Shown in pieces: positions 25,477-37,976 of a DNA stretch of 64,000 nt. Below the pieces are notes generated by a model. That model saw nothing but the letters and a program-made list of their open reading frames with translations. It was not told the DNA's origin and did no database searches. Source of the stretch: Azolla caroliniana. Its lineage: Eukaryota > Plantae > Polypodiophyta. Location: NCBI GenBank assembly GCA_043228905.1, contig JBHGNT010000012.1, positions 20,460,001 to 20,524,000 on the forward strand, read 5' to 3'. Position numbers and translations under genes: made by a program. Numbering within the stretch: the first letter of the stretch is position 1; each line of letters starts with the position of its first letter.

Positions 25477-28400
25477 GAACCAACGGGCTCTGATAATGCA
25501 AGGTTCCACAAGACCCCCCGCCCTTGCCGCAAGTTTTATACAGAAGAAGGATGTCCTTATGGCGATAGGTGCATCTTCTTGCATGACGATCAAGGCTCTC
25601 AAGTCCGAGTGCTTAGAGAGAGCAATGCGATCAGTCTCGGCCCCAGTATGGTTGGTCCTCCATCTAACGGTTTGGCTAATGTAAGTGGTGGTGGTAATGG
25701 TGGTGGTCTTAATGAGCGCCCCTCAAATTGGAAAACTCGAGTTTGCAATAAATGGGAGACGACTGGACATTGCCCTTTCGGTCAGAAATGCCACTTTGTT
25801 CATGGCTCTTCAGGTTCCATTTTACTTGATTTCATTTTGGTATATGTTCCTTTTTGGATGCCTAGTGAAATTTGATGCTGGTTGATTTTCGAAAGTACCA
25901 CTCTGTTCATATAACATTCCGTGCTTTAGTAAGCGGTCTTTCTTTTTTGGTCACATTCTCTTCCTTTTGTTCGAAAATGCCAGTTTCTGCATACATTACT
26001 TGATTTAATAAGTAGACATTTCTTTTTTGGTCAAAGTGCCATTACTTCATTTTGATTTTATTCGCCATATGTGTTACTTTTCAGTTGTGGCGGTCAAATA
26101 AACTTGATGTTGCTTGATTTGCATTGTCCTGTTAAGTGTCACTTCGTTCATGTTACTATAGCTATGTACTCCATTAGTTGATTTTATTTCAATCAGTGTT
26201 TGGGATTTTTTTCGTTATTAATCACCAAATTTTCTTTGTGTTTTTGTTGTATTTTGTCCCCTTTGTACATGTCAAGGTCAAAAACTTGACTGGAAGTTTC
26301 TTGGATAGGGATTGTCTGACACAGCCATTCCTTTCAAATTTTCAATGCTTCATTTGGTTTCCTTGTAAATGTAATATTTCTTGATGTTATAAGTGGACAC
26401 TGCCTGTTCACTTCAAAGTGCGATTTAGTAACGCTCTCTTCTATTTATTATGTTATTTGAGTTTATTTCTATATATTCTCCTTTTGGCTGCCCAGGAAAT
26501 TTAATGTTCTTTAATTTATTAAGTGAGCCAAACAGAAGCATCATGAAAGTGAAGTGTGTAATGTGGTGTTTGGAAAATGATGAAAGGATTCCAGAGACAT
26601 AAGAATGTTGGGTTGGAATTGCTCGTTACTATTATCGTATCTTTACCTTTGGGGTTCGGTATGAGGATATGGATCCTGATTATTTACAGCAGGGACATGA
26701 ACATTGTCTGTAATTGCAGTCAATCCCCATAGTATATTGTCATCATGCAAAGGTCTTGTCCGATACAACATCAATCATTAGGTTTTTGGATTAGTTATTC
26801 AAGAATCCCTATGATATCTAAAAAGAATGACACGAATGGGTGGATCTCTATGATGCTATATGAAAATAATGCATATGCATGGCAACGTAAAGATGTCTAC
26901 GCATTACTGAAGTTGAGATACATAATGTCATGCATCAGTGGAGTTGCTGTTGCCAGCCTATCTTAAGACCAATAGTAATGACAGGCAATTAATTAAAAGA
27001 TTAAAGAAAGAATGGATTAAACATGCTTGAACGTACCAGCCACCCCCAAGAAATGGATAAGAGACAAATACTAAACTGCATTGGCATCCCATACCTCCTC
27101 ATATGACCTTGTATTATATTTTGGAGTTCCAACAAACCGCGGTTCCAAAATATGAGAGCTTTACCTTACTAATATAGCCTTTGCAACTTCTCTGAGTTGC
27201 TTTGTCAATGGTGGTAGATAGTCTTCTTTATATAGCTGAACTTCTGGGGCTCCTCGACCACCACGTGTCCCAAGTTTTTGTGAGTCATCTAAATTGCTAG
27301 GATAATGGGTTTTTTACTTATCCTACACTTATATCCATTATAATTGGCTTTTAACTTTGGTCCTTAGGGCTACACCCGTAATAGGGCATGAATGCAGTAT
27401 GGCTGTCAGGTTCAAGGATTTGTGAGCTGGGTTCCGGCTCAGTGGATCTCTTATGGCTAGCAAGCAGCACCCTCCTTGGTGAATTGGTCTTTTGTAGACT
27501 ATATTTCCTGCAATCTCTGTCCATCTTAAGAGCTTCTACGAGGTTATACTGGGTTGGGTAATGGACATCAGAAAGAAGTTAGTGATCTCTGACTCTTTCC
27601 TTCCCCTTCCCCTGCGTTGCAGAAGATGACTCAATGAATGAACTCTCTGCCTCTGAAGCTCTTGTAGAACCTGCCCAATCTGATGTGGTTAAACTCACTT
27701 CATAACCTGGCAGAGTGGAGAGTATAGGATGTACTCTTTGATGCAATTGTTTGCTTAGATCTTGTGATTGATCTCCTCTTTCTTTTACCTTCTTGCAGAA
27801 CCCAGATATCCTGTCTGCTTTTGACATATAAGCAGCCTGGCCCTCTCTGCATCAATCTCTAGTGTTTGTGAGGATAGTTGGAACTTAGCTAACCTCTAAT
27901 CGTACATTGAAAATTATACACATTCGTGTATCTCGGTTTATGTATGAATCCATGTAGGGAGATGCTCATGCCTCATTGATGGATGTATAATTTAGTTTCT
28001 GTGACTATGGGATTGCCAAAGGTATGGTAATCAGGTAGGGCTCTGAAACTGCCAATTGTTCTCGGCACTTTCAATAGCATGGCCGTCTATCTAGCCTGAT
28101 CATTTATCCCATATTCTTGGGTGCAGCCTGAATGATAAAGAACTGCCTACCTAGATAGATGCATGGATCAACCACCTTGATCTGATTTTGGTTAAGGTTG
28201 AAGAGAACATGCTGTCTAACTTGTGTGCAATGTATAGAGCACAATCCTGAAACAAGGATGGTGGGAAATGGGTGAAACAGAGTTCCTCGGGATGGGAAAG
28301 TTAGAAACATAGGGTAGCATTGTATAACATGTGTAAATGTGTTTCAGTAATCAATTTATTAAACTATGACATAATTAACGAGTTTCAACATATTGAAAAA

Positions 28401-31162
28401 CATTTTGACGATTGTGGATAGCCAGAAATAGATGGATAAAATTTCAAGTGTCAATTGTTAGAGTCAGTGTTAGTAGGAGTAAAGGAGGAGAGATCAACAT
28501 CTGGAAGGAGAAAGTAACAAATGAGAAGAAAAGAAATATTGCAATGATGGGGAAGGTTCAATGATATGGTTGCAAGTAGATGGATGACAAAGAAAAGATG
28601 AAGTTAAAACTCAAGGAAGGGAAATGGAAAGAAAGATGTATGCATGTCTTTTAATAGGTCAAAATGGCCAATGAGACTGTATAAGAAATTATATTTTAAA
28701 CTGTATCTCATCTTTGAGAATTAGAAACTAAAATAAATATAAGAATTTCATTAAAATAGCCTAAGGATCATATCTTCTGGTTAGCTAAACGCTTAACATT
28801 GATCTTAGATGAATTGGTGCTTCTGCCTCTGAAAGATATACTGTATGGGCTTATCCAAAATAGAGAGGTCTCTGAAGTGAGGGAAGAACCTTCGGTGTTG
28901 GTTTGAGTGCCTTCAATTTGTCAATAACAAGGGTGAATGGGCACATGCACGACAATTTGCCTTTGCTTGATCTATCATAACCTCTTATAAATGCTATGAT
29001 GGAGATGCTATTTGTGTTTGTGTAGCCTTTGAGTCCCTTGTCTGAGGAGGGATGATGGCTCTAAAGAAGGTTATAATGGTTCATCACCTTGTAGATTGAA
29101 CCAGAGCTTTGTTCAAAGAGGCAGCGGTATCTCCATTTCATTTCTTAATAAACAGCACATGGCAAACATAGTGCTCCACTAATTCCACATACACTGATTG
29201 GATGATTGACAGATCTCTTCTTCCATGACTTTGTGTGCATGTTTGCATCACTCAAACTCAAACTGATGCGAAGATTTCGTTAGCTGCCCTGCCTTGCCAC
29301 TCCAAAGAGCGTATGAGAGAGATGTGTTTATATGAGAGGGCCTGATGATAAATCCATCTAGTGACAAGTGTTGAAATAGGCCTTTATAGTGGTCCATCTT
29401 CCTATCAAGAGTCGTTCGTGGATTTGATCCACGTTTTCTCATTATCCAATTCAATGATATAAGTGTGGTATGGTTCTTACTCATTGCATCAATTTAGACC
29501 ATATTTGTTGACTCTATTCTTTTCCACCTTTGGTGATGATCATATATACACCATTCAAGTTATACTTGAAGGGGTGGAGTGCATTTATGCTATCTGATTG
29601 GAGCCTGTCCTGGGTTATAGCATACCAACAATGATTATCTCCATCTTCTGCCAGCTATATTGATGATTTAATTGCCAATATCGAGTACATTTGCCTTAGA
29701 TGAGGCAAATGATATATTATGATGAAGATAATGATTGTAGCATATATTGTGTTTTATGTATCGTCTATGTGATTAACTCATGGTGTCATCCAGATACTAA
29801 TGTGTTTTTGGGTCTTTATTTTCGTTTTAAAAAGCTTATCTGTTTCTGGAGTTTTTGAATGTTGTTTTCCCTATTTTCTATCTGATCAAGGTCACATTTA
29901 CTTTTAAATACGTTATCTCACCACTAAGAGTTTTCAATCTATTGCATCAATAGATTGAAACACCAATATAAGCGAAAGCACATTACCCAAACTGTATAGA
30001 AAAAAATCCTGAGTACACAGATAAATAAAAACATGAGATGTATCTGTTTTTGAGATGAGAGATAGTGCAGCACAGGCAGGGCAGGGTCTTGTTGCATTTT
30101 AAAAGCTATCTCTGTTAATTCCATTCTAGAATAATGACTGAATCGATGCCTTTGATGAGTAATTCTGAAGGATGAAGAATTTTAGAGTACAAAAATATTC
30201 GGTCCCAGATTCTCCCTTTGCTACCCTTACTTTCCATTTGCGAGTAAGAGTAAAGAAAAAGAAGAAGATTCTGTCCAATCTAATGTGGAAATCAAGAAAT
30301 AAAGATTCATTCCAATCCGATGTGGATATCAAGAGATAAAGATCTAGAACAACGTAAAGGATCCCCGAATTCCAATCTTGAAAATGCCATTTAGCCATTG
30401 ACAAAATTTCCTGAATGTTTTTTGCCACAAGACCTACTCACTGTACAGAAGGTTCAGCCTGTTATATTATTTCTTCAATTAAAGACACTGGCCGTTGCTA
30501 CTCCACCTGCAAAAAATTCTTTTGTCTGAGCAATAGTCTTGTGGATTAGGAGGAGATAGAGATACACCTTTTCAGTTACGCTTTAGGATTATAAAGACTG
30601 ATATGCATCTAATTAACAAATGAGAAGGAATTGTTTCTAGTAAAGTAAGCTTTATGTTTCTTGAAAGGGAAATATGCTAAAAATATAGGAAATTAGATCT
30701 AAATAAAAAAAGTATGCATAATTAGTTGATACTCTGCCCAAAAAGGGGGAAATAAGGGGAAAGAAGGTACACTTAAAAATTAGAATGTAATCATTTTGGG
30801 CCAAAAAAAGTCACCAGAAAAATTGTGCGAAATATTTGATAGATACAAGTAATTCTTGAAACAGTGAGGTAAAATGACTTACTGTATAACTAGTCACAAA
30901 TGGTTTCCTTGGGGCAATACTTTCTCCATGCTTACTGAAATGACTCTGTCATGTTTTTGTTATGGTCCCAGAATCCTACAATTCTGGTTCGGTTTTGAAG
31001 AATGGGAGCGCCATCCCCACGAGCGTGGTGCAATCTCAAAAGCAAGGGCAAAAGTCTCAGGTGAAGTGGAAGGGTCCTACTGATATGATTTCGACAATCT
31101 ATGGGGATTGGATTGAAGAAGATGAGTGGGAAATTCCACCTTTGAATGTTGTAGCTGGATAA
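24652..31162 (+). CDS. Tandem CCCH zinc-finger protein (three C3H fingers, AtC3H12/C3H39-like); exon 1 24652-25813, exon 2 30972-31162
   Basis: Fingers FFKTKLCCKF..C.....C...H, CRKFY...C.....C...H and NWKTRVCNKW...C.....C...H. Joining CAG|GT at 25813 to CCCAG|AA at 30972 restores HGSSE and adds the family C-terminal motif KWKGP..ISTIYGDWI. Additional small exons cannot be excluded. Confidence 0.88.
26600..29700 (-). mobile_element. Highly degraded LINE-like sequence within the CCCH gene intron
   Basis: Only scattered, stop-riddled fragments (DIIGILE, YLGRQFFIIQ, LISLNWIMRKRG) reminiscent of L1 ORF1/APE/ORF2. Boundaries uncertain. Confidence 0.35.
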
Positions 31163-33099
31163 AAACCATCTTCTCTTCTCTTTTTTTTTAATGACAGCTG
31201 ATAGATAGGTATAGATTAGGGTTCCTTGTCATGAGATGCCAGCATCATACGAGAATTGAGTTAAGAGGAATTTGTCGAAAATAGTCTTGTTTTTTAAAAC
31301 TGTCTATTATCCAATTATGAGATAATAATGCCTCTAGCTTCCTCTTTTGATTAATATCAACACTCATTGTTTCAATTGGATGAATGAGTATACAAAAATG
31401 GGGGGCAGGGTACCCAAGTGATATTGTCTTGAATAGTAAAGTTTGGTTCAAAAATGGAACCAATTCTGTAGGCTAACAAGTATTTAAGCAGTTCATATAT
31501 ATGTATACATATATAGTTGTTTTCTTTGATAGGCTAGAGTCAGACACCATGTGGTGGCTTGCTAATCAATCACGAGAAAACATGAATCATGTAGTGAATC
31601 ATAACGTTCAGATTGTAACAGGGAAATCATGAATGGCATCAACATGTATGATAAACAAAATCAGGAATCGTTTGTGCCAGAAGAACAGGCGTATCATTAC
31701 CATCCATCTTTAGAAACCTCATCATTAGAATTGTAGTTGATTTATTAGAATTATAGTTAGTTTTGTACTTAATAGTATTTTCAGCATCGACATCTATTGT
31801 CTCGAAAACATTATCATTGTTGTCAAATTTTTGATGCTTGTTATCACCAGCAGTGCCATCAATGTTGTTGTGTCAGTTATGCAATGAATGTGTGTTTGAC
31901 ATCTTCATCAGACATTGTATAAAGAAAACGTGAACTATCTACAATGTGTCTTCATTTTATGCTAAAGAAACACCTTTGCAAGGAATGGAAGATGAGATTG
32001 CCATCCTGCATTTAAAACTCAAAGCCACCATATTACAAATCTTGTAATGTGGCATGTATTTGAGTCCTTTAGTAACGAAGCTCCACCTTCAATTGACTAA
32101 TGGTCATACACCAATTGTGTGCATTACAAATATCAAGTTTGTATTATCAAATGACCAATCTTTCCGTGGTTGTTCCTCTACCATTAACTCTAGTGTTGGG
32201 CCAAATAGAGTAGGCAATGCCAATATTGATTGCTAAATATAACCACATCCCATATTTATATGAAAACCTAGTTGTTTCTATCTAAAAGATTGCTACTCTT
32301 GTGTGACTCTAAAGTAGGATTGTCCACAATTATCAGCCTAATCCTTGCCATTCGATTGAACTTTGACTTGCCATTAAAGCTAGTGTCTTGAGGAGAGCTT
32401 ACCTCTCCTAATGAAGAAATTTTCCTATCTTTTTTGCTCTTGGAGGGTTGCTGGTTGAACAATTTCAAATGTTGTTGCCAAGGGAGCAATAATCTCTCTA
32501 TCTCTTCAAAAAACATAGAATCAGTTTTTTTTTTTCTGATGTAGTTATGGACTTTACTCCACTATTTAATGCCAACCAGGTAGTCAAAAATTATGTAGTC
32601 CATATGTACTATGTCACCTAATAGGGATGACACATTTTTGATGCAAATATTTTTGGGAAAACTCCATTAAATTCTTCTTGCAACATACATAGAAGTTTGG
32701 ACCATTAAAAGGCCTTGAATTTCATCTTGAGGATTTGTAAAAACATTTTTACGATTTAGTGTGTCAAACCCAAACTCTCATAAAGTGTACGCCATACAAG
32801 AGACACCAATCAAATGTTAATGCAATATTTGATGAACATGTCTTTGAGTCAATTGGGTGGCAATCGTTGAGTCACTCTACTTGCCAATCATTTGTGGCAA
32901 AGAAATATTGTCATTTGTGGAAGCTAATTATTTGCCAAAAATAAAAGACATTAAAAAATCTCAAAGCCAATGTAACCAAGAAGCATATCATGTATCTACT
33001 TTCTATATTAACAAACCTTTATGACTTCTTCGTCATGATTGCCAATCTTTACAACCTTTGTGGAAGTTAGACAATATAGGATTTGAGCATTACCGTAAA

Positions 33100-33490
33100 A
33101 AATGATGTTCCAAACTTAGAGTAACTTAATACATTTCGGTCATATTTTATATTAATTTGAGCCTCATCCAAAGGTCTGAATTGTTGCATGCATCGAGAAC
33201 AGCACAAAATATTACCTCATCTAGAAAGATGCCCTCAATCTCCATCCATTCCAAACAATTTAATGCTTCATGGTAGAGCCTAAAACTAGAGTGGACCAAA
33301 AAACTAAGTTCGAGTGGGAAGGTCTTCAAACACCTCTTGTGGTTTTGTAAGTAAGCCACATTTGTCATACACAACCACCAAAGGATTGACAAGCAAAATG
33401 CCCTTTTTCCTAGCAATACCTCTTTCACATCCTTATTGTACATGTGATTACCATTCTTTATAGATACCAAAAGTGAATGAATTTTCCCCA
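33100..33490 (-). pseudogene. PPR gene fragment (PLS type), frameshifted
   Basis: YDKCGLLTKPQEVFEDLP, HEALNCLEWMEIEGIFLDEVIFCAVLDAC and MY*VTLSLEHH across shifting frames. Confidence 0.7.
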
Positions 33491-34904
33491 AAAATTTGCA
33501 TCTAAATGTGTCATCCCTCTAAGTGATAAAGTACACATAGACTACAACCTTTTTTGCTACTTCTTGAATTGGCATAATATAGCACAGGAAAATGCATGAA
33601 ATCCATAGCTTCGTTAGAAAAAAAAAGACCAAGATTATGGATTTTTTTGTAGAGGGGGAGAGAGAAGGAAGAAGAGAAAGGCAAAAATTATATTATTGTC
33701 ATTGGAGGTCAAATAATACCAATGAGACAAAAAATATAATGTTTTCATAGTACATGTTCAAGAGATTTACTGATGAATGTTACCATTGAGAGTACACATT
33801 GTGATTGTGAGGGAAATTCGTGCAAGTATTGGGCTGAGTCGAAGATATGTGGGAAATGTATACGATCAAAGGCAAAACATTCTATCAAAGTGTGATACTG
33901 ATATCCCAAACTTGTTTAAGATAGTATGCACATAATTTACTAGTCTCATCACATGTTCCACAATGTCCCCTCTCACATCAAAGTGAGATGAACTAAGTCG
34001 TATCAAAGCAATTGTAGAGAGAGAGAGAGAGAATATGTAATGCATACTCGAGGCCAAAATTGACCTTTTAGACAAACCATTATTACAAAAATGTTCGAAT
34101 TCATGACATTCATACTAAAAAAAACAAAAGTTTTAAGTTGTTAAAAGATCCATGCTCATTATTTGAATGCATTTGGTGGAATGATTTTTAAAATGGCGTA
34201 CAAGCATGAATTGTGAAGGTAATATGTGTGAGAATTTATACTGGTGACTTCATATCCAATGTTGGTAGGTGTGGTGTAATGATGCCATGACACACTTTAA
34301 CAAGTGCATCCAGGTGTCTTAGCAATGTGGTGAGCAATAATTTGGTGATGGTATGGTCCATGTGCCATATATCCTCCATCCTCAAAATTCTTCTGTTGGC
34401 TCTATGGTGACTCTTTGGCATGTTGTTAGTAAGAAGAAATTAGTGGTTTGATAGCTATTGCATACTGTATGCTAATGCAAGGGTTGATTCCCTATGCTTT
34501 TGAAACTCAAGCAATATTTGGCCAATCTTTTTTTTTTAAAGATTTTCTTCAATAGTATTAAGAAAAAAACGCTGAAGGCTACAACTTGGATTTCATTTGG
34601 TGAAACTATTGTAGGTCAACCTCCATTATTTGCCAAATGGCAAAAGTAGCACACTTTTTTATGATGTGGTTGAACATTGTGCAAAATGTTCCTTGCTTTT
34701 GATCTCTCATTCAAATAATTTGTAGAACCTTTGAACTCTAGATATTGAAAGTGCTTGTCCCAGCTTGATCTCTAGTTGATGGGAGGAAAATCTGAGTTGT
34801 CTTATTGCTTTGCTCTTGTCCATGTACTTAGGTCTCTGTATGAATTTATCCTCTCATACAATAATGAATTAATCTATGTTGTAAGCTATCTTTGGGGAAG
34901 TGTC

Positions 34905-35640
34905 TTAGAATTAGAATTAGAATTTTTTATCATCCATAAAGAGGCCAATTTTGACCTATGGGACCAGAGTATACATGTGTTCTTGATATGTGTCTCCTTC
35001 CTAAGAAGGGGTATTCATAGATTGAAGCACAAAGTCTCTATGTGTGAATAAAGCACACACATATGAGCTCAACTTTCTAGGTGGTGTCTTAAGTATGGCA
35101 CTTAAGTTATCACTACTTCTTAGTATGTCAACATATCTTGAACAAATTGCACTATATGTCGAGCATGTGAAGAGCAAGTGACATTCATCCTCTACCATGC
35201 CTTCATTGCATACTTTACATCTCTTCAAATTCGTTACATTTTGATATCATGATGCAACTTCAATACCTAGCTTGTGAGATCAAGTGCAAAGTAGTGTAAG
35301 GGCTCTACGAGCATTACTACTCATATTGGCAATGAGATAAGGTTGGATATGATCAATAGGCATTCTTGCTTTATATTGAGACCAACATTCAGGATTGACA
35401 TTTGTAATGTAATATTCTAGCTTCGTCCTCTTCGCATCTTCCCACTTCATCCTTAATGATTCCACCAACCTTTCCTCAATCATTACATACTGCAAAACAT
35501 TGCCCGAAAGCTCTAAAAGATCATTCACACCCCATCTTCTAAACCATTTCCTTATGTCAACAACCCAATCAGACGAGAGAATCTTACTTTTATGATTCTT
35601 GGTGTGAGAGAAGGCTTTGGTTTGGTATAGAGTTACCATA
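34905..35640 (-). mobile_element. 3' end of an RTE-like LINE with Cys/His motif and (TTCTAA)n tail
   Basis: CKVCNEGMVEDECHLLFTCSTY motif, upstream helical ORF2 segment (35280-35639), and TTAGAA x3 at ~34905-34924 as the 3' tail. Confidence 0.8.
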
Positions 35641-35929
35641 GATCTTGTTGTAATATATTTTTTCTTTCATAATTTGTGAGAGGTGTATAATATGAAAAGG
35701 GTGATAAGTTCTCGATTTTGAGGCCATTGTTATTGGACTTCATCATGTATGAGTACCATTATCGTTCTTCATGTTTTTTTGTCACTATTTTCTTTGATGC
35801 TTTAAATGCCTCATTGTTTAGTATCTGCAAAACATCTCACCTTTGATGCTATGGTTTGGGAAGAAAATGAGAACTCATTGAATAGAAGATATATTCTATG
35901 TCGTCCATGAGGAGGCCAAATTTAACCGA

Positions 35930-36720
35930 TAGGATGCGTCTCCTTCCCAAGAAAGGGGGTTATTACTTTGTAGTAAAAATCTTTATGTGAAAATAACACG
36001 CACACATATGTTCTCACCCTTCTTGGCAGGGATTTCAATATCACACTTTAATTATCATGCCAAATAAACATATCACCTTGGAGTATGTGTCTCCTTCCGA
36101 AGGGGTTTACTACTTAGTAAAAACTCTCCATGTGAAAATAATGCACACTTAAATATATGTGCTTTTTCGTGGAGATTTAAGTATGACACTTAAATTATCA
36201 TGCCCGTTTAACAAGCTAGCATACTTCTTCCGAATTATTATAGATGATGAGCATGCGAGAAGTAAGTGATGGTCATCCTCCCATGCCTTGCATATCTTCA
36301 TACTAGGGTGATGACTCCATGATGTTACCTCAACGCCGAGCTTGTGTGAGTAAGTTCCAAGAATGGTTAAGTCTTTCTCGGAGCCAAGGCTCCTAGGGGT
36401 AGTAAGATGTAGTTGGACATGTTTTGGCATTTCTATCTTGTATTTGCACCAATATTGGGGGGTTAATGTTTGCAATGTAATATTCTAATTCATTTTAGCA
36501 TCTTGCCACTTCATCCTTAGCGCATCTATCAATCAATGCTCCATGATCACATACTTTATAGAAACAACTTCCATTAAGCAAAACATGGACCACCATAGCA
36601 TTGAATAGCATAACTATCACTTCCCATCCTCGAGTATCACTTTGGTTGCATTGATTCTCAAGCATATAATAACTATTCCAACCTACTTGAAGTCTAGACT
36701 CACACCACACGTTTCACCTA
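35930..36720 (-). mobile_element. Further degraded copies of the same LINE 3' region
   Basis: SHKLGVEV..W....KICKAWEDDHHLLLACS...DNLSVILKSP matches 35001-35300. 36630-36705 matches 19420-19500. Confidence 0.7.
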
Positions 36721-37718
36721 TTTGTTAACGTGATATTGATACGAAGATTTGAAGCTTTGTACAACATAGTGTAGTTGATATGATGATAAAAACAATTTCC
36801 ATTTAAAACGTCAAGCATTTCTTAGAATTATTACAAGTCATCTTAAATTAATAAGGAGTGGGTACCAGAATACCAAAGAAAGGTGGTGCTACATGAGTAT
36901 AAAAACAAGACCCTTAGAGAAGGCAAAATAAACTAAGACCAAGGTGGAGTAATTAAAGCTCTTAATGTGTTTTTAATCAAGTCAAATGTTTTTTATAATG
37001 GGTTGAATCATTACATGTTAGGGAGGTCTTTCCATGTTAGACAAATGTCTACTGTTTGTTATGTTTATAATGGCCAACAAATAGGCATTCTTTCTTTGTG
37101 ATGGAACAACAAAAGAAGAGAAAACAATTTGAGAGTGAAAAAACCGTTCTTTTGACTTCTTGTGAAGTGCTTAACAATGATTCCTAAGTTTTTAAGTGAC
37201 AGTGAAAACCAAATGGTAAGTAAGGTCAAGAGTTTTCTCCTATACACCACTTTGAAAATGGAAAGTAGATCTCTCTTGTGGACGCATACAATTTGCTGAA
37301 TTGCATGATTTTATCACGCCCTCATTTTCCTTTTGTTTTGTTATGCTTTGGTCAGCCCATATCGTCTTTGCAAAAGGTATCATAATTTATCGCTTCTACA
37401 CACCATAACATCTAAAGTCAAGGAGGAGGCTTAACATTTGAATAAGTGGTGGTCATTGAGACATGCATGTCAAGAACTCCATGGCTTGAGATCTAGGCAA
37501 TGGATGAATGGAGATTTTCCATTTGTCCATGTCCATGTTTTAATGGATCCCCTCTAGATCTCTCTTCAATTGTTGGATGGTCATTAGTGTTATCTTATTC
37601 AATTGACCCCGGGTGTTAAAGCCATAGTGGTTGAATTGGGGATCAGATGAATACCCAATGTCAACCATTTCATATAGGTTCCTTGTATTAAAGCTTTGGA
37701 TTGTTGGTAGGAGGTCAT

Positions 37719-37976
37719 ATACATTTTCATGATGTTCTTGGCCAATTTATGTCCAAACTCGTGTTTCCTTAATGTTTTTTTGGGTTGCTATGTTTGTCAT
37801 CCTTATGAAGTACTTGGCCACTGTACATTTTCATGAAGTACTTGGCATGTTTATGACCAAAATCGTGTTTTCTTAATGGTTTTTTGTGTTTCTATGTTTG
37901 TCATCCTCATGAAGTACTTGACCATGTACATTTGCATGAAGTATTTGGCCAATTTATGACCAAACTCATGTTTTCA
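37719..37976. repeat. ~104-bp tandem repeat, ~2.5 copies
   Basis: tacattttcatga.gt.cttggc...ttatg.ccaaa.tcgtgttt...atgtttgtcatcct.atgaagtacttg repeated. Confidence 0.8.
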
